Shown here in pieces: positions 13,839-28,579 of a DNA stretch of 64,000 nt. The DNA is from Octopus sinensis (Eukaryota). A program made the translations under genes and the position numbers. The notes below the pieces were generated by a model. It did no database searches. It saw only the letters and a list, made by a program, of their open reading frames with translations, and was not told the DNA's origin. How positions within the stretch are numbered: the first letter of the stretch is position 1; every line of letters starts with the position of its first letter. The DNA is taken from contig NC_043006.1 in NCBI RefSeq assembly GCF_006345805.1, forward strand, positions 92,194,001-92,258,000. Direction: 5' to 3'.

Positions 13839-15671
13839 ATGTCTAGAAATTTTATTGTAGAGCGCTGGTCGCGTTCTTTTATGGAACAACATTTTCCTAG
13901 TCTGGTAACGATAGAGAAAAAAAAGAACGTTCGCACGAAAAATGCAAACGTAAAATTCGGTGAAATGAACGCTGCAACCACGTGCGTTAACAGCCCTGTC
14001 ACCACCGCCACCACCACCACTAACAACAGCAACCACGAGACAACAACTGCTACCACCACCACCACCACTACCACGACCAACATAAATGATAAAAATAAAA
14101 CTGAAACGAAAACTATTGACAAAAACAACAGCAACAACAAGAACAACAATAAAAATGAACTATCTAATAGTGAAGATGTTAATACAAAAAAATCAACAAC
14201 ATCAGTAAATTTCGCAGACATTCTTCGCCAGAAGAAAGAAATAGTAACATTCACAAATGAAGAGCTCATAGAGACAAGAGCTCTCTTTACAACCCGTGGA
14301 CAAGATTTAGTGCTGCATACACCTCAACATATAAAACAAGAAATAGAAAATAAGGCAATTGTATATAAAATTATTAGAAAAAACAAAAAACCAAATGAAC
14401 AGATTACAAAAAAAATGATGTGGAAAAATGTTTAAAAAACATAATGAAAGAAAAAGTATATAAACTGGGGTCCCCAGTTTAACACAGTAGTGGTCCGCTT
14501 CCCTAACCAGGAAGTGGCAAAAGCTCACTCTACTGAGTCTCTGGGAAATGATGAAATCATCATGGTCCCTTATTATAAAAACCAGAGAGTGAGTAGAATT
14601 ACTATCAGAAATGTACCCCCCGATATGCCGAACAAATGGATAACAGGGGCAATCTGTTACCACTTGAAAAAGATCAATATTTTAGAAACAGCCGTGTGGA
14701 AAAACAGTAGTAGTGACCATCCAGATTGAGGGGGCCTCTATCGAGAGCCTACCCGACAAGATATACTTGGAGAATGGGCAATGCCTATATGTTATGGCAG
14801 AAGGCAAAAAGCCTAAATGCTACAAATGTGGCAGCCCCGAACATTTGATTGCCAAGTGCGATCTGGTACAGAAAAAACAAGAAAAACAAATCAGAAAACA
14901 AATAAAATCCCTTTGTTGCCAACACAACACCCAACAGACTCAATTATGGAACAATGCCAAGAAAAAAACAACAAACCCCAACAACATCACCAAGAAAAAC
15001 AGTACCAACACATCACCGTTGACTTCACAACCAATTAACCTTGTTGAATTAACAAAAAATAGACCCCACCCCCACCCAGGACGACAATTAAAAAGACAGA
15101 AAACACTGACGAGAAGACAAATGCTACCCCTAACACCACAACAACACAAACACCGCACAAAACATCAACAATTATACAAGCATACATAGTAATGCAAATG
15201 TTTTGCCTATACCCCATACTGATACGTCGGACGACGAAAGTTCGACCGAATGGCAAATAGCCACAGGGGGTAAAAGAAAAAGATCCAAAAAATCCACCAA
15301 ACAAGGAAGTAAAGCAGGGAGATATCTAACTCAGGACAACATCCCCCTAGACAATCAAAAAGTAATGAACCCGTAAAACACACACACACAACTAACTGCA
15401 ATAGACACAGACAATAAAGAATTAATGGACTACATCAAATCTAACATGGTCGTCTGTGAAGATGACTTTAAGACAAAAATCATCCGCACACCACACCACC
15501 GAAACACATCAGAATTTTACACATAACACAAGCACAACACCACATACTGAAAACAATATTTCCGAATGCGGTAGGCGGGTATCAACGATACCTGTCGAAA
15601 AAACTATACAAACACCTCATCAAAACGATATAAAAGAAGAAGAAAAAATGAAACTTAAAATGAGTAAGTGA
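13839..15671 (+). pseudogene. Tx1-type ORF1 (gag-like nucleic acid-binding protein), frameshifted
   Basis: Consecutive ORFs 13839-14435, 14490-14729, 14713-15189 and 15456-15671. RRM-like VSRITIRNVPPDMPNKWI and zinc knuckle CYKCGSPEHLIAKC (C-X2-C-X4-H-X4-C). Confidence 0.8.
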
Positions 15672-15728
15672 CCTCACTTCTTGCCTCTTGTCTCTTCTAA
15701 TATAGTGTGTAAAAACACATTTTCGTAA

Positions 15729-18700
15729 ATGTCAAGTATGCTTAAATTAGGTTGTGTGAATGCGCGTGGCTTGGCGTCGGCTTGGAAGCAAGGTTACCTT
15801 CTAAACGACATCAAGTCACTGGACGTGGATATAGTAGCTATCAGTGAAACCAGACTCAGTAAGCCGCGGGCCCTCGAGTCCATGTTTGGCAATCAATTTG
15901 ACATTTATTTTTCTCCCTGTCTGCCGAACATGGGTAGTGGAGGTACTGCGGTGCTTTTTCGAAAGAGTCTAAAGGTAAAAGTAAGAGCAATATTTCTAGA
16001 CCCGGAGGGTAGGCTGGTTGTCTTGGACGTGGATGGCAGAAATGGGTGTGCATTCCGTCTGATGGCAGTTTATGTACCGTCCTTAACGGGTCGGGCGGAT
16101 TTCTTCAGACGTCTAGAGGTTTTCCTGGGTACGTCTAGACCTTTACTGTTAGTAGGGGATTGGAACGCTACCTTGGACACGCATCTAGATTATGTGGGAA
16201 GGGATAGGAATAGAAGGGGGTGTAAGAGCCTCAAAGACCTGCTCAGACGTTACCATTTGTCTGACAGGTTCCGACTCGACCATCCGAACGTGTCAACGTG
16301 GACTTGGACAAACCGCGTCGGATCGTCGAGATCTTATCTAGATAGAATTCTATGCAGGACAGCGGATAGGGATAGTGTAGGATGTCCACAATTTAAAATA
16401 GTCAGCTACACAGATCACAAATTTGTTATGTGTACGCTCGACTTAGATAAAACACATAGGCAGGGTCCCGGTTACTGGAAACTGAACACGTCGCTGTTAG
16501 CGCGACAGGTTTACAGGAACCGGATTAGCGAGTTAATTAAGAGGGCGCTGAAGGGAGCGGTCGTTAACAACCGCTGGTGGTACGCCCTGAAAATGGCAAT
16601 AAAATCGGAATCAATTAGGTTTAGCAAGGAATTAGCGATAGAACGAAATAGAGTAGAGGGAGACTTAGTTAAGAAACTAGAAGAGGCACTTACCTCTGGC
16701 ATCGCAACCAACGGGCTGGCTGCGAGGATGGCCCTCGACCAACACCTCAACGCCAAGCACGAAGGTTGCGTCGTCAGAGCTAAAATGCGTGCCTTAAGGA
16801 ACGAAGGGATTGAAACTGCGCGAGAGGCCCGGGTAGCGGAGGCGCAGCGTGGCAACAGATCAACCCATTCGTCTCTAATAGATCAACAGGGATGCAGTTA
16901 CTCGAACCCGAAAGGATGTGTGAGGCCTTTCAACAGCACTTTGCTCGACTGTTTGGTGCGAGTGGTGGGTCGGAACGAGGGATGGATTTCAGTGCCTACC
17001 TGACCGACCTGCCGCGGCTCTCGGCAAGAGAAGCGGAGTGTTGTGAAAGTCCCATCACAGCCGCTGACGTGTGGGATGCGATGGCGGGCTGCGCGAGGGA
17101 TAAGTCGCCTGGATTGGATGGTTTACCCTACGAGCTGTATTGTCGAATGCCAGACTTGTTTGGCGACCTCTTGGCATCAGTCTACTGCAACTGGCAACAA
17201 AACGGGAGAATCCCCGGTTTCGTGAGCCGAGGTGCAGTGACGTTGCTGAAGAAAGACTCAAACAAGGGGAATTTTATAGATAATTTCAGGCCCATCACTC
17301 TGCTCAACGCAGATTTGAAAATTTTGGCCAAAGTAATAGCCGAGAGGTTGGCGCTTGTCATTGGTAAACTGGTCGACAGGGCGCAAACATGCGCCGTGCC
17401 GGGCAGAACCATACATGACACCTCCATCTGATGCGCTACATTGTGGACAGGTAGTTAAGGATCCTGGCATGGGTGGGGCGCTGATAAATTTGGATCAGTC
17501 TAAAGCCTTCGATAGGGTCGACCATCGGTACTTCGCGGCCGTCCTCAGGGCGGCTGGCTTCGGTCCCGTCTTCCGCGGTTGGATCGCTGCCTTGTATAGC
17601 GGCATCCGATCGGTGATTCGGGTGAACGGTCACCTGTCGAAACCGTTTGACATCACGCGTTCGGTCCGTCAGGGGTGTCCCCTGTCGGCGCTTCTGTATG
17701 TATTGACTCTCGAGCCGCTACTGCGGAAGCTGGCGACACTGAGGGGCATCCCACGGGAACTGGGTTGCGGGACGAGCGTGTCGGCATATGCGGACGATGT
17801 CACCGTCATAGTGTCGAGCGACAAACCATCAAGATGATAGGCGAGACACTAAGAAAATACGAAACGGTGACGGGAGCAAAGATTAACCCGGAAAAGTCAG
17901 TGGTTTTGCTACTCGGCACCTGGAGACAAGCCCATGCCGTCCGACTGCGGCTCAGTAGTGGGACGCTGGACGGACGGACCGGTTAAATTGCTCGGGGTCT
18001 GGTTCAGTCCGGACCTCCAAATGGATAAAACTGGGACGAGATCACGAGTAGAGTGGTCGCTCTCAGCCAAACATGGGCCGAGAGAAAGCTGTCTCTAAAA
18101 GGCCGGGCGGAGGTGGCGAACGCGTACATCGCATCCGTCATCGATTACCGCCTGACCGTCGTACCTTGTCCCGACGCCACCATCACCAAACTGGAACGCA
18201 TGCTCTTCCGCTTCCTGTGGAAGGGTGGCGTTCCGATGGTGAGGAAGTCCATTTGCTGTCAACATCCGTTGAATGGAGGACTAGGCATGCCGTGGTTGAT
18301 GATGCGCAGGCATGCGCTGAGACTGCGACATCTCTGGAAATTCATCGACGACGGTGAACAGGTGTGGGCGCCGTTTGTGAGGGGCGACTTCCCGCAGCTC
18401 GTCTCACTGACCGAACTGCAAACGTGGATCAAAAAGAGACCGAAACTGGGCGATTGGCACCGAGAGTGTCGCCAAGCTCTACAGCAGCTCTGCCGACCGG
18501 GTCAACTTGTGCAACTTCCAAACGACTAAAGCGTTCCATAGAGGACTAGTGGAGGGGAGGTCCGACGACACACTCGGGGCAAACCTGGGCGTCGACGAGG
18601 AATTCCTAACCCGCCTGTTCAGAACGACGTTCGGGCCGGGGGGCCTATGGATAACTTCCAGAAATCCCTGGCTGGCAGTGCTATCGAGACGCACTACCTG

Positions 18701-19170
18701 TTCGAGAGAAGTGCTACAGACACGGTTCGAAAACCATCACCGGACCGACCTGCCCGAGATGCGGTCAGAGCGACGAAACCGTTCTGCACGCACTCGTGCA
18801 GTGTCCAGATATTTCAGAGCTGTGGTCCTTCGTCGAACAGCTGTTGTCACGTGTAGGTCAGGCTCGCCTATCGGCCGAGTCTATCGTGGATATTGTTCCA
18901 CCACCTTCCTTTAAACGGGAAGGGAAAACGGTTTTCGTTACGCTGATGGCTATGGCGAAAGAATGAGTGTGGTGGACGCGTTTGAAAGGACTGCAAACAA
19001 ACACCTTCCTCTCTGGTCAGTCTCTCGTCAACTTTTTCAAGTACCACTTGAAAAGGAGGATGAGAATAGAGAGGAAGGCTTTGTCGAACGAATGTTTTAA
19101 TAAAAAGTGGGTAAAAGTGGCAAAAATGGTCAGTATGAAAGACGACACTATTTTAAGCATAAATCTGTAA
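15729..19170 (+). pseudogene. Tx1/L1-type ORF2 (APE endonuclease, reverse transcriptase, C-terminal CCHC finger), frameshifted
   Basis: APE motifs VNARGL, ISETRL, GDWNAT, SYLDRI, YTDHK. RT motifs PGLDGLPYE, NFRPITLLNADLKILAK, LDQSKAFDRVDH, RQGCPLSALLY, YADDV. C-terminal CPRCGQSDETVLHALVQC at 18751-18804. Confidence 0.93.
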
Positions 19171-19463
19171 CCAAAAGAGACAACGAGAAGTAAGGCGACT
19201 TACTCATGTGTTCTTTTTCGAATTGTCTGAGGTGACCTTGGTCTTTTTTGTAGGTTTTTCTTTCCAAGGCTACACCTAAACTGTGAACCTTATATATATA
19301 TATATATTGCTTTTTTATACACCACACAACCCACAGATCCCTATTGATCAAACGTTTTTTTTTTTTTTTTGCCCCACCCATCCCACCTCGAAAAGAAAAA
19401 ATTCTACATTGTATTTCGTCCATTTTTATTCTGTGTTTAGCCCTGTGTGGCTACAATAAAAAG

Positions 19464-21206
<1,743 letters not shown>

Positions 21207-21288
<82 letters not shown>
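21207..21288. repeat. (TATC)n array 3' of the second Tx1 copy
   Basis: Read directly. Confidence 0.95.
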
Positions 21289-22939
21289 CCTAACTGTCTA
21301 TCTCTCTATGTATGATTTCACCTTGACTTGCGTCAACCATCCTGAAACAGAAATAACACAGATTCACAGCTGTTACCCAAATCACGTCATGTCACCCCCC
21401 CCTTTCGGAAGGACATTTGAATGATTAATATCCGACCGCAATTTTAAAGAAATTCACTAATGATACTTTCACAGAAGCAAGTAAAACCATTGGTGTTGGT
21501 AATACACATATTTTCCTCAATCCCCTTCTAATCTGCTGCCATTCATTATAGATTTGCTCAAGAGTTTAAGAGCGTCATTTCTTATCAGATATGTATTCGC
21601 AACAAAGATATACAAGCGTCAAATAATTCCCAACTCAATGTTCACACTTGATATGTTATATGTGATTCTCGGTAGAGTTAAGGATCCCTAAAGATTCTTG
21701 TTTTTCAGAGTCATTTCCTATATGAAGATGCTATCGCAGGCGTCCCAATAACTAAAATTTTAAATTCACAAACTTTTTGCCTATATCGAAATCAGTGGAT
21801 GGTTAAAATGTCATGTATGGAGATCGTCATAAGTAATGCTCTCTCTCTCTCTCTCTCTCTCACACTCTCTCTATTCCTCTCTCTTTCTCTCCTCTCTCTC
21901 TCCCTCTCTCTCCCCATATATAATGTATGTAATGTATATATATGTATCTGGCAAACCAAATAACAAAACCAAACATAGAAAGAGCTAAATTCAAATATGT
22001 CTTTTGTTCAAGTAACTGTATTTGTGATTTGAACGTTTTTCTTGCAGTTATTTCCATTCTTCAATATTTACCTATATTTCAATGAACTGCCTGAAGCAAC
22101 AGGTGTATGTTCTCACATTTTATGAAAACAGACCGGTTTTGCATGCAAAATGTTAGCCAATATTAAATATAGCATTACAATGTAGAACCGTTTAACCCTA
22201 TGTGATAGTAAAGTTTGGTCAGGGTTGGTATTCACGGATGCAACACGATTTATAAACTTCTTCGAAATAGCAAATACTACTTCTGAACTTTTAACTCTAA
22301 AGTGTAAATGAGTTTTCGAGAGGGCGCGTGGGCATGTTAATATCTAACTGGGCTCTCGATCCCACTGTCCAGAGGGTCAGCTGTGTTATTGTGCAAGACA
22401 CTTTATTTCACCGAGAAATATTAATCTGAAGAGTAACAGTGGGCTCGTTCAGCATAAAATCGTCCCGGCGATGTTAATGAACGAGGGATCTCACCAGAAA
22501 GCAGCTTCGTCCAGAAAAGGCCGTGCAATGATATATCTTTATCCTATCATCAATGCGATATAACACAACAGAGGACACTGAATAATTTTGATTCTACAGG
22601 ATTTACGTTCGCATTAGGGAGATGCTTAATTACATACGGGATAAACAAATAACTGACACTTGCCTTTCTTTTATCCCTCTGATTAAGTGTATCGATCGAA
22701 AATATAAAGAAGCCATTTTGTTTGGATATTGATTGTTCTCCGAAACATATCGGATATAGTAACAAGTTTCTATCGGGTGGCCAGCGGTATCAGAGTATCC
22801 GTTAAAAATGAAACTCCGGGCGAAAAGTATATTGGTAGGAAAGGACTATTGCTCAAAAGATGCCGTTTATGAGTTTTCTTGTTGATATACATTAACAAAA
22901 CAGGCACCAATGCACATGGGTACACGCACACAGAAGCAA

Positions 22940-22995
<56 letters not shown>

Positions 22996-23419
22996 ACGCA
23001 TTTTTGTTTATATATGTAAGAGTGTATACAATTTATAATCTCCAGAAAACAAATAGAAAACAAAAGACTAAACGTGCTTATACTGTCTCCTTCATAAGCT
23101 CGTGTTCCTAGCGTTCATAATAACTTTTCTATCGTCTTCACTTAACAGCCCTCACCGTTTGTTTTTACTGTTTTGTTCTCGCTGTCCTGTTCTTCTTACC
23201 ACTTTCACCCTCCGCAAAAAATTCCAAATGTTATTTAATTTGCTTTACGGGAAGGATTGTTTCAACAAAGCCACGTCTTGTCCTTGCCTTCGAAATTGCG
23301 GAGTAGATGAAACAGGGACAACTGAAGAAGGGGAATATTCTTTATGCTGTATGTCTCGTTTCTCTGTGTTTTTCGTTGTTATATATACAGATACATATTC
23401 TTTTGTTCTTTCAATTGTG

Positions 23420-23790
23420 TTCGTCATTTGACTGCGGCCACGCTAGAGCACCGTTTTTAAAGTTTGAGATGCTTACAGCACCTAAGTTTCCCAAGCAGTT
23501 ACTAGGCTCAACGTTGCTTCACTTCATTGGTCGGACGCAAAATGATGCATTCAACGTGATATGGCCTTCCGTTCACTGAAAGAGCAGGATGCGAGTTCAG
23601 GGAAGTTGCTATCTTTTTCTAGTAAAATGGGAGACCACGTCTTTTGACTGCAACTAGGTTACAGGAACATAAGCAGACTAACATCGGTTGTCAAGCGGTG
23701 ATGAGGAGACAAACAGACACATGCCGAAGGTTCCACGTAGTGGAACTGAACTAGGAACCATGTTGGGAAACAAGCTTCTTGGCACAATGA
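23420..23790 (-). mobile_element. SINE family A, diverged and interrupted
   Basis: GTCATTTGACTGCGGCCACGCTAGAGCACCG at ~23423 and CATCGGTTGTCAAGCGGTGATGAGGAGACAAAC...GGAACTGAACTAGGAACCATG at 23680-23765. Confidence 0.6.
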
Positions 23791-24674
23791 AAGAGATTGA
23801 AAGAAGCAACGAAATTTTAGAATAAATACATACGTAAATGAGTGGAAATCGAACCGGTGAGTGTATTAATTAATAAGCATGAAAACAGAATGACTCTCCC
23901 GAGAAAATAAGATACGCTTCAACGTACGAATCCTCACAAAGAATCTGGCAAACCAAATAGCAAAACCAAATATATATATTCACATGCATATATGGACCTG
24001 TTCTTTTCCTTTATGGCATGTAAAATATGGAGAATCCTAGTTTCCTGTTTCGGAAGAAGCCAGTCTCTTAATTGTCGCTTGATTATTATCATTCATTCTC
24101 TAGAGTCGGAAATAGTTTCAATAAACCAAAAAGATGTGTTTATAAGGCATTTGATGCGACTGTGTTTGTCTGACATGCCTGAGTTTGCTGAAGCTCTGCC
24201 CTTGGCGAGATTGACTTCCATCAGCGCTCTTAAAAAACATTATGTCGGAAATATATTTGTGAAATTTTAAACTGAATGAGTGAAAAAGAAAGTAAAATAC
24301 TTCTGATGCATTGTAGTTGCAAACAGAAAATCAGAAATTATAGAATTTTCCTTACATACGAGAAATACATTAAAGGATGAATGAATCATAATTGCTTTAA
24401 ATAGATAGCGTGCATGCCCACTTTATAAGCCAGTCTATATCACGCATATAATTTAAATCGAATGGGGATTAACAATTCGTCGCATAGCAACAGTATGTAA
24501 AATTGGCAGTTTAGAATTAAGTTGGTGCTATTTGCATATAATTGATAATTTGTACGTCGAATGTTACAATAAATTACCCCCTCCATTCTCACGTGCAATT
24601 ATTGAAGTGGAGTGTATATAAACATATGCATACATACATACATACATACATACATACATACATACATACATACA

Positions 24675-24710
<36 letters not shown>

Positions 24711-24728
24711 TATATTGATATATTTATA

Positions 24729-25070
24729 GTGGAGGCTCCATGGCCCAGTGATTAGGGCAGCAGACTCGCAGTTATAGGATCACTGTTTCGATTCCCTGAC
24801 CGGGTGTTGTGAATGTTTACTGAACAAAAACACTTAAAGCTCCACAAGCGCCGGCAAGGAGTGGTGGCAAGTGGCGAACCCTGCTGTACTTTTTCACTTC
24901 AATTTTCTCTCACTCTTTCTTCCCGTTTCAAGGGACCACTCTTGTCGTACTCTGTGTCACGATGGATCTCCCCGAGAACTACGTTAAGGGTACATGTTAA
25001 GGCAACTGTCATTAATTTAACGAGCAGGCTATTATGTTGATTGGATCAATTGGAACCCTCGTCGTGTACG
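24729..25070 (+). mobile_element. SINE family C
   Basis: GTGGAGGCTCCATGGCCCAGTGATTAGGGCAGCAGACTCGC...; 3' part GGATCAATTGGAACCCTCGTCG. Confidence 0.85.
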
Positions 25071-25321
25071 CATTTGTGCCTAAAGATTAATACATTTGAA
25101 AAATAAATTGTACATATTTTCTACTGATTGCTGTACAACTCTAAGTCTCTTTGGTGATGACAGTGATTGAAGCAGCAACCCATTACTACTATTGGCCCCT
25201 TATTTCGTGGCTGGGGCCTGGAATTTTCATTGGTGGAGAAATGAAATTGGTACATGAATACTCATGTGTGTATGTGTTAGCGCGTGTGTGTGCGTGCATG
25301 TGTTTGTGGGTATGTGTATGT

Positions 25322-25641
25322 GAAGGTACGTGGCTTGATGGTTAGGGCATTCGGCTCACAATCATAAGGTCGTAGGTTCAATTCCCGGCGACGCGTTGTG
25401 TCCTTGAGCAAGATACTTTATTTCTCGTTGGTCCAGTCTCCTCAGCTGGCAAAATGATTTGTACTCGTATTTCAAATGGGCCAGGCCTTGTCACGCTCTA
25501 AATCAGGCTGAAATTCACAGTGAAATAAGTTAAAGTTACACGTGTCTGTGGAGTGCTCAGCCACTTGCACGTTAATTTCACAAGCTCTTCCGCTATTCTG
25601 ATCATCTGGAACCGTCGGCGTCGTAGCCGAAGGAATTCCAG
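25322..25641 (+). mobile_element. SINE with a different tRNA head but the family C 3' body
   Basis: Head GAAGGTACGTGGCTTGATGGTTAGGGCATTCGG...GGTTCAATTCCCGG, then GTGTCCTTGAGCAAG. Body ACACGTGTCTGTGGAGTGCTCAGCCACTTGCACGTTAA is shared with 11430-11766. Confidence 0.8.
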
Positions 25642-25702
<61 letters not shown>

Positions 25703-25727
25703 CCATACACACACACACACACACACA

Positions 25728-26005
25728 CAACGACCTCGAACCCACAAGGGTAAACAAGGGAGACATACACAAGCAGAAACTATGAAAATGCCACTTGTAT
25801 TAGAACACTATGCAAATATTCTTTTAAAAAAACTTTTCTTTTAATTTTTCCAAAATTGAATTGTTTCCCACACAGTTGAAAAAGTTTCAATGACTGAAAC
25901 CAGTGCTGAAATGTTTTTTATTAAAAAATATTTTAGCATTTTCTACCTTGACTTTTTTTCCATATATATCAACTTGTGTGTTCCTTTTCAACCGTCTACA
26001 TACAC
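25728..26005 (+). mobile_element. Solo Penelope pseudo-LTR fragment
   Basis: Colinear with 58707-58980, which is attached to a GIY-YIG coding region. Confidence 0.75.
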
Positions 26006-26019
26006 ACACACACAAACAT

Positions 26020-26092
<73 letters not shown>

Positions 26093-26150
26093 GAAATATT
26101 AAAATTACTAAGTCTCTCTAAAAGAGAACAACGGCAGCGTTCCCGGAAAA

Positions 26151-26364
26151 TATTAGTTATCGCCATACTAATATGGCATTCTTATAAAAATTAGAATAAA
26201 GCTGTCCGCTTATTAGCTCCATGAGGCCATCGCCTTAAGTTAGCTATTTGATACACAAACTGTATCCATATAACCTTTGAACAAGGGAGGTCAGTCGCTC
26301 CACACTACTCGGACAGCTTTATTCTTATTTTTATAAGAATGCCATATTAGTATGGCGATAACTA

Positions 26365-26367
<3 letters not shown>
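26151..26367. mobile_element. MITE with 58-bp TIRs
   Basis: TATTAGTTATCGCCATACTAATATGGCATTCTTATAAAAATTAGAATAAAGCTGTCCG (26151-26208) inverted at 26310-26367 with one mismatch; TA termini. Confidence 0.88.
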
Positions 26368-26395
<28 letters not shown>

Positions 26396-27575
26396 GTCAT
26401 TTATACACCTCATTATGGTTTTCTCTTGCATGTGACTGGGATTGTACAATTTCATAAATGCTTTACTACATCAAATGGAGCGATTATTGTATCCCTGTTA
26501 GCTTTTTTCGGGACATGGTTCATTTGTGACATGTCTACTTCACTGTACTTACATATAATAATACATTGCGTTAGATATAAATTTAGATATCAGTTTTATA
26601 CTGATTCCTGTTTCATCATTAATCATATTAATTAACTTACTTCATAGAAGTGTAGGAAGCGAAGATTACTTGAAGAAACAGCAGTATAGATGTGGCCTCA
26701 TAAAATAAAGTTCAAGTGCTTATAACATTTGGCAAAAATTAATTACAAATATAAAGAGATTTTTTTTTTCCTATTTCTGATTGACGTCGAAAGAATTTTC
26801 GTGTAAAGCTACTAAAAATTATTTAGATTGATTCCATGGAACAGAGAAAACTAAATATATAAAGATTACAATTTTGAAATTTAAAATCGCTCAAGGACTA
26901 TAGAAACATATAAAGAAATATGTCAAAATGAATCCGTATGTCAGTATAGCTATTAATTGAAACCCATATTTACAAATAAGGTGGGGTGATATATATATAT
27001 GGTGATAAATAACCAGGAAGAGAGAAAGATGGATAGATACGCATGACACATGTTCATAGATATTTATGTATTTGTAAGTACGTTTTTTAAAAAAATGTTA
27101 CGAAATATATACACGTTTGAAGCAAAGTAAACTTAGTTACAATTAAATTATCAAACGATATGACAGCACGATTTCATGAGACCATTTTGACACGATCAAA
27201 GAATGATTCTGCATCAAAACTTACAAACATAATATTTAGTTTAAAAAAATCCTCTTGCGAAGTTCAGTTTTGATTGTGCAGGTATGCACGCATATACATA
27301 TGCATGTATGCATTTATCTCTGTAAGTCTGTATGTATGTGTGTGTGTTTGAGTGTGTATGTGTATGAATGTGTGCGTACGTATGTGTTTGGGAATATAAC
27401 CATATGTGTGTAAGCACATTTGAGTCCAAATACAAAAGTCTGCGTGACTTTCTATGTATAAATGAAATACTCAAATAATTTATAGTCTGGAATAAAAGGA
27501 GCTCAGATGAATACTATTGGATGCTGTTCGTTCGAATGTCAAGAAAAACACCATATTTTCCACATTTGATATACT

Positions 27576-27616
<41 letters not shown>

Positions 27617-27624
27617 GTAAATAA

Positions 27625-27707
<83 letters not shown>

Positions 27708-28344
27708 TGTCTTGAAGTTTCATAGAGGCAATATAAATTGTAGTTGGTGATGTCATTGATGGTGAACAGCATTCGGCATTACTCAACTAGTTACGACTAA
27801 GCGATCGGCCAAAAAAAAAAAGGGTCATCATATGAAGGAATAAATAACGTTTCAGTACTGCAGCCTGAAATTTTATTGAGCATAAAACAGGAAGAGCAGG
27901 CAATTCCTCGTCTAAAGTTTATACCTGTTATACATCCCATCCGTTGGTTGAGTATATATTCATACCTCTTCAGTTCCTAAACACATCGTGCGCATATTTA
28001 CGCGTTCTGTGACTGTTAATCAGTTTAGGATAAATTTTAATAATTTTCACAGAATAGAAAACACTACCCATGCCCCATTACTGGGCTGTTTGAGATTAAT
28101 TGGGGAAGGAAAAGTCATAATTAAACTGGAGAGTTCGTTGGAAGACTTGAAACAGAGATCTATGCTAAAGCATCAAACGTGAAGTTCATGAACTAGAAGA
28201 CGTATTAAGGGTCACACTCAAATTGTCCATGGTGGTATTTGAAACCAGTATGGGAATTATTGGAGGAAATACGAAATCATCAATTCCGATGTTTTTAAAG
28301 TAACAGCAATCTACTGTCCTTGATTCACAGATATTTATCGAAAT

Positions 28345-28579
28345 AAGGCGGCGAGCTGGCAGAATCGTTAGCACGCCGAGCGAAATGTGTAGCCGTATTT
28401 CGTCTGCAGTTACGTTCTGAGTTCAAATTCCGCCGAGGTCGATTTTGCCTTTCATTCTTTCGGGGTCGATAAATTAAGTACCAGTTACGCACTGGGGTCG
28501 ATGTAATCGAATTGATCCGTTTGTCTGTCCTTGTTTGTCCCCTCTGTGTTTAGCCCCTTGTGGATAGTAAAGAAATAGG
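28345..28579 (+). mobile_element. SINE family B (tail 1), full length with 13-bp TSD
   Basis: TSD TATTTATCGAAAT at 28332-28344 and 28580-28592. Confidence 0.93.

Larger units (their letters stand above)
13638..19464 (+). mobile_element. Near full-length Tx1-group (L1 clade) non-LTR retrotransposon
   Basis: ~200-bp 5' UTR, ORF1, 57-bp spacer, ORF2 (APE-RT-CCHC), ~295-bp 3' UTR ending in a TAGCC-CTGTGT-GGCTA stem-loop and AATAAA. Bounded by (TATC)n at both ends. Confidence 0.9.

Noticed and set aside
13832-14269. Hydrophobic poly-V/L ORF on minus strand
   Set aside because: Antisense of the ACC/AAC-rich part of Tx1 ORF1.
15663-15705. Intron-like GTAAGT...TAG in the Tx1 inter-ORF spacer
   Set aside because: Splicing would not fuse ORF1 to ORF2; an in-frame stop follows.
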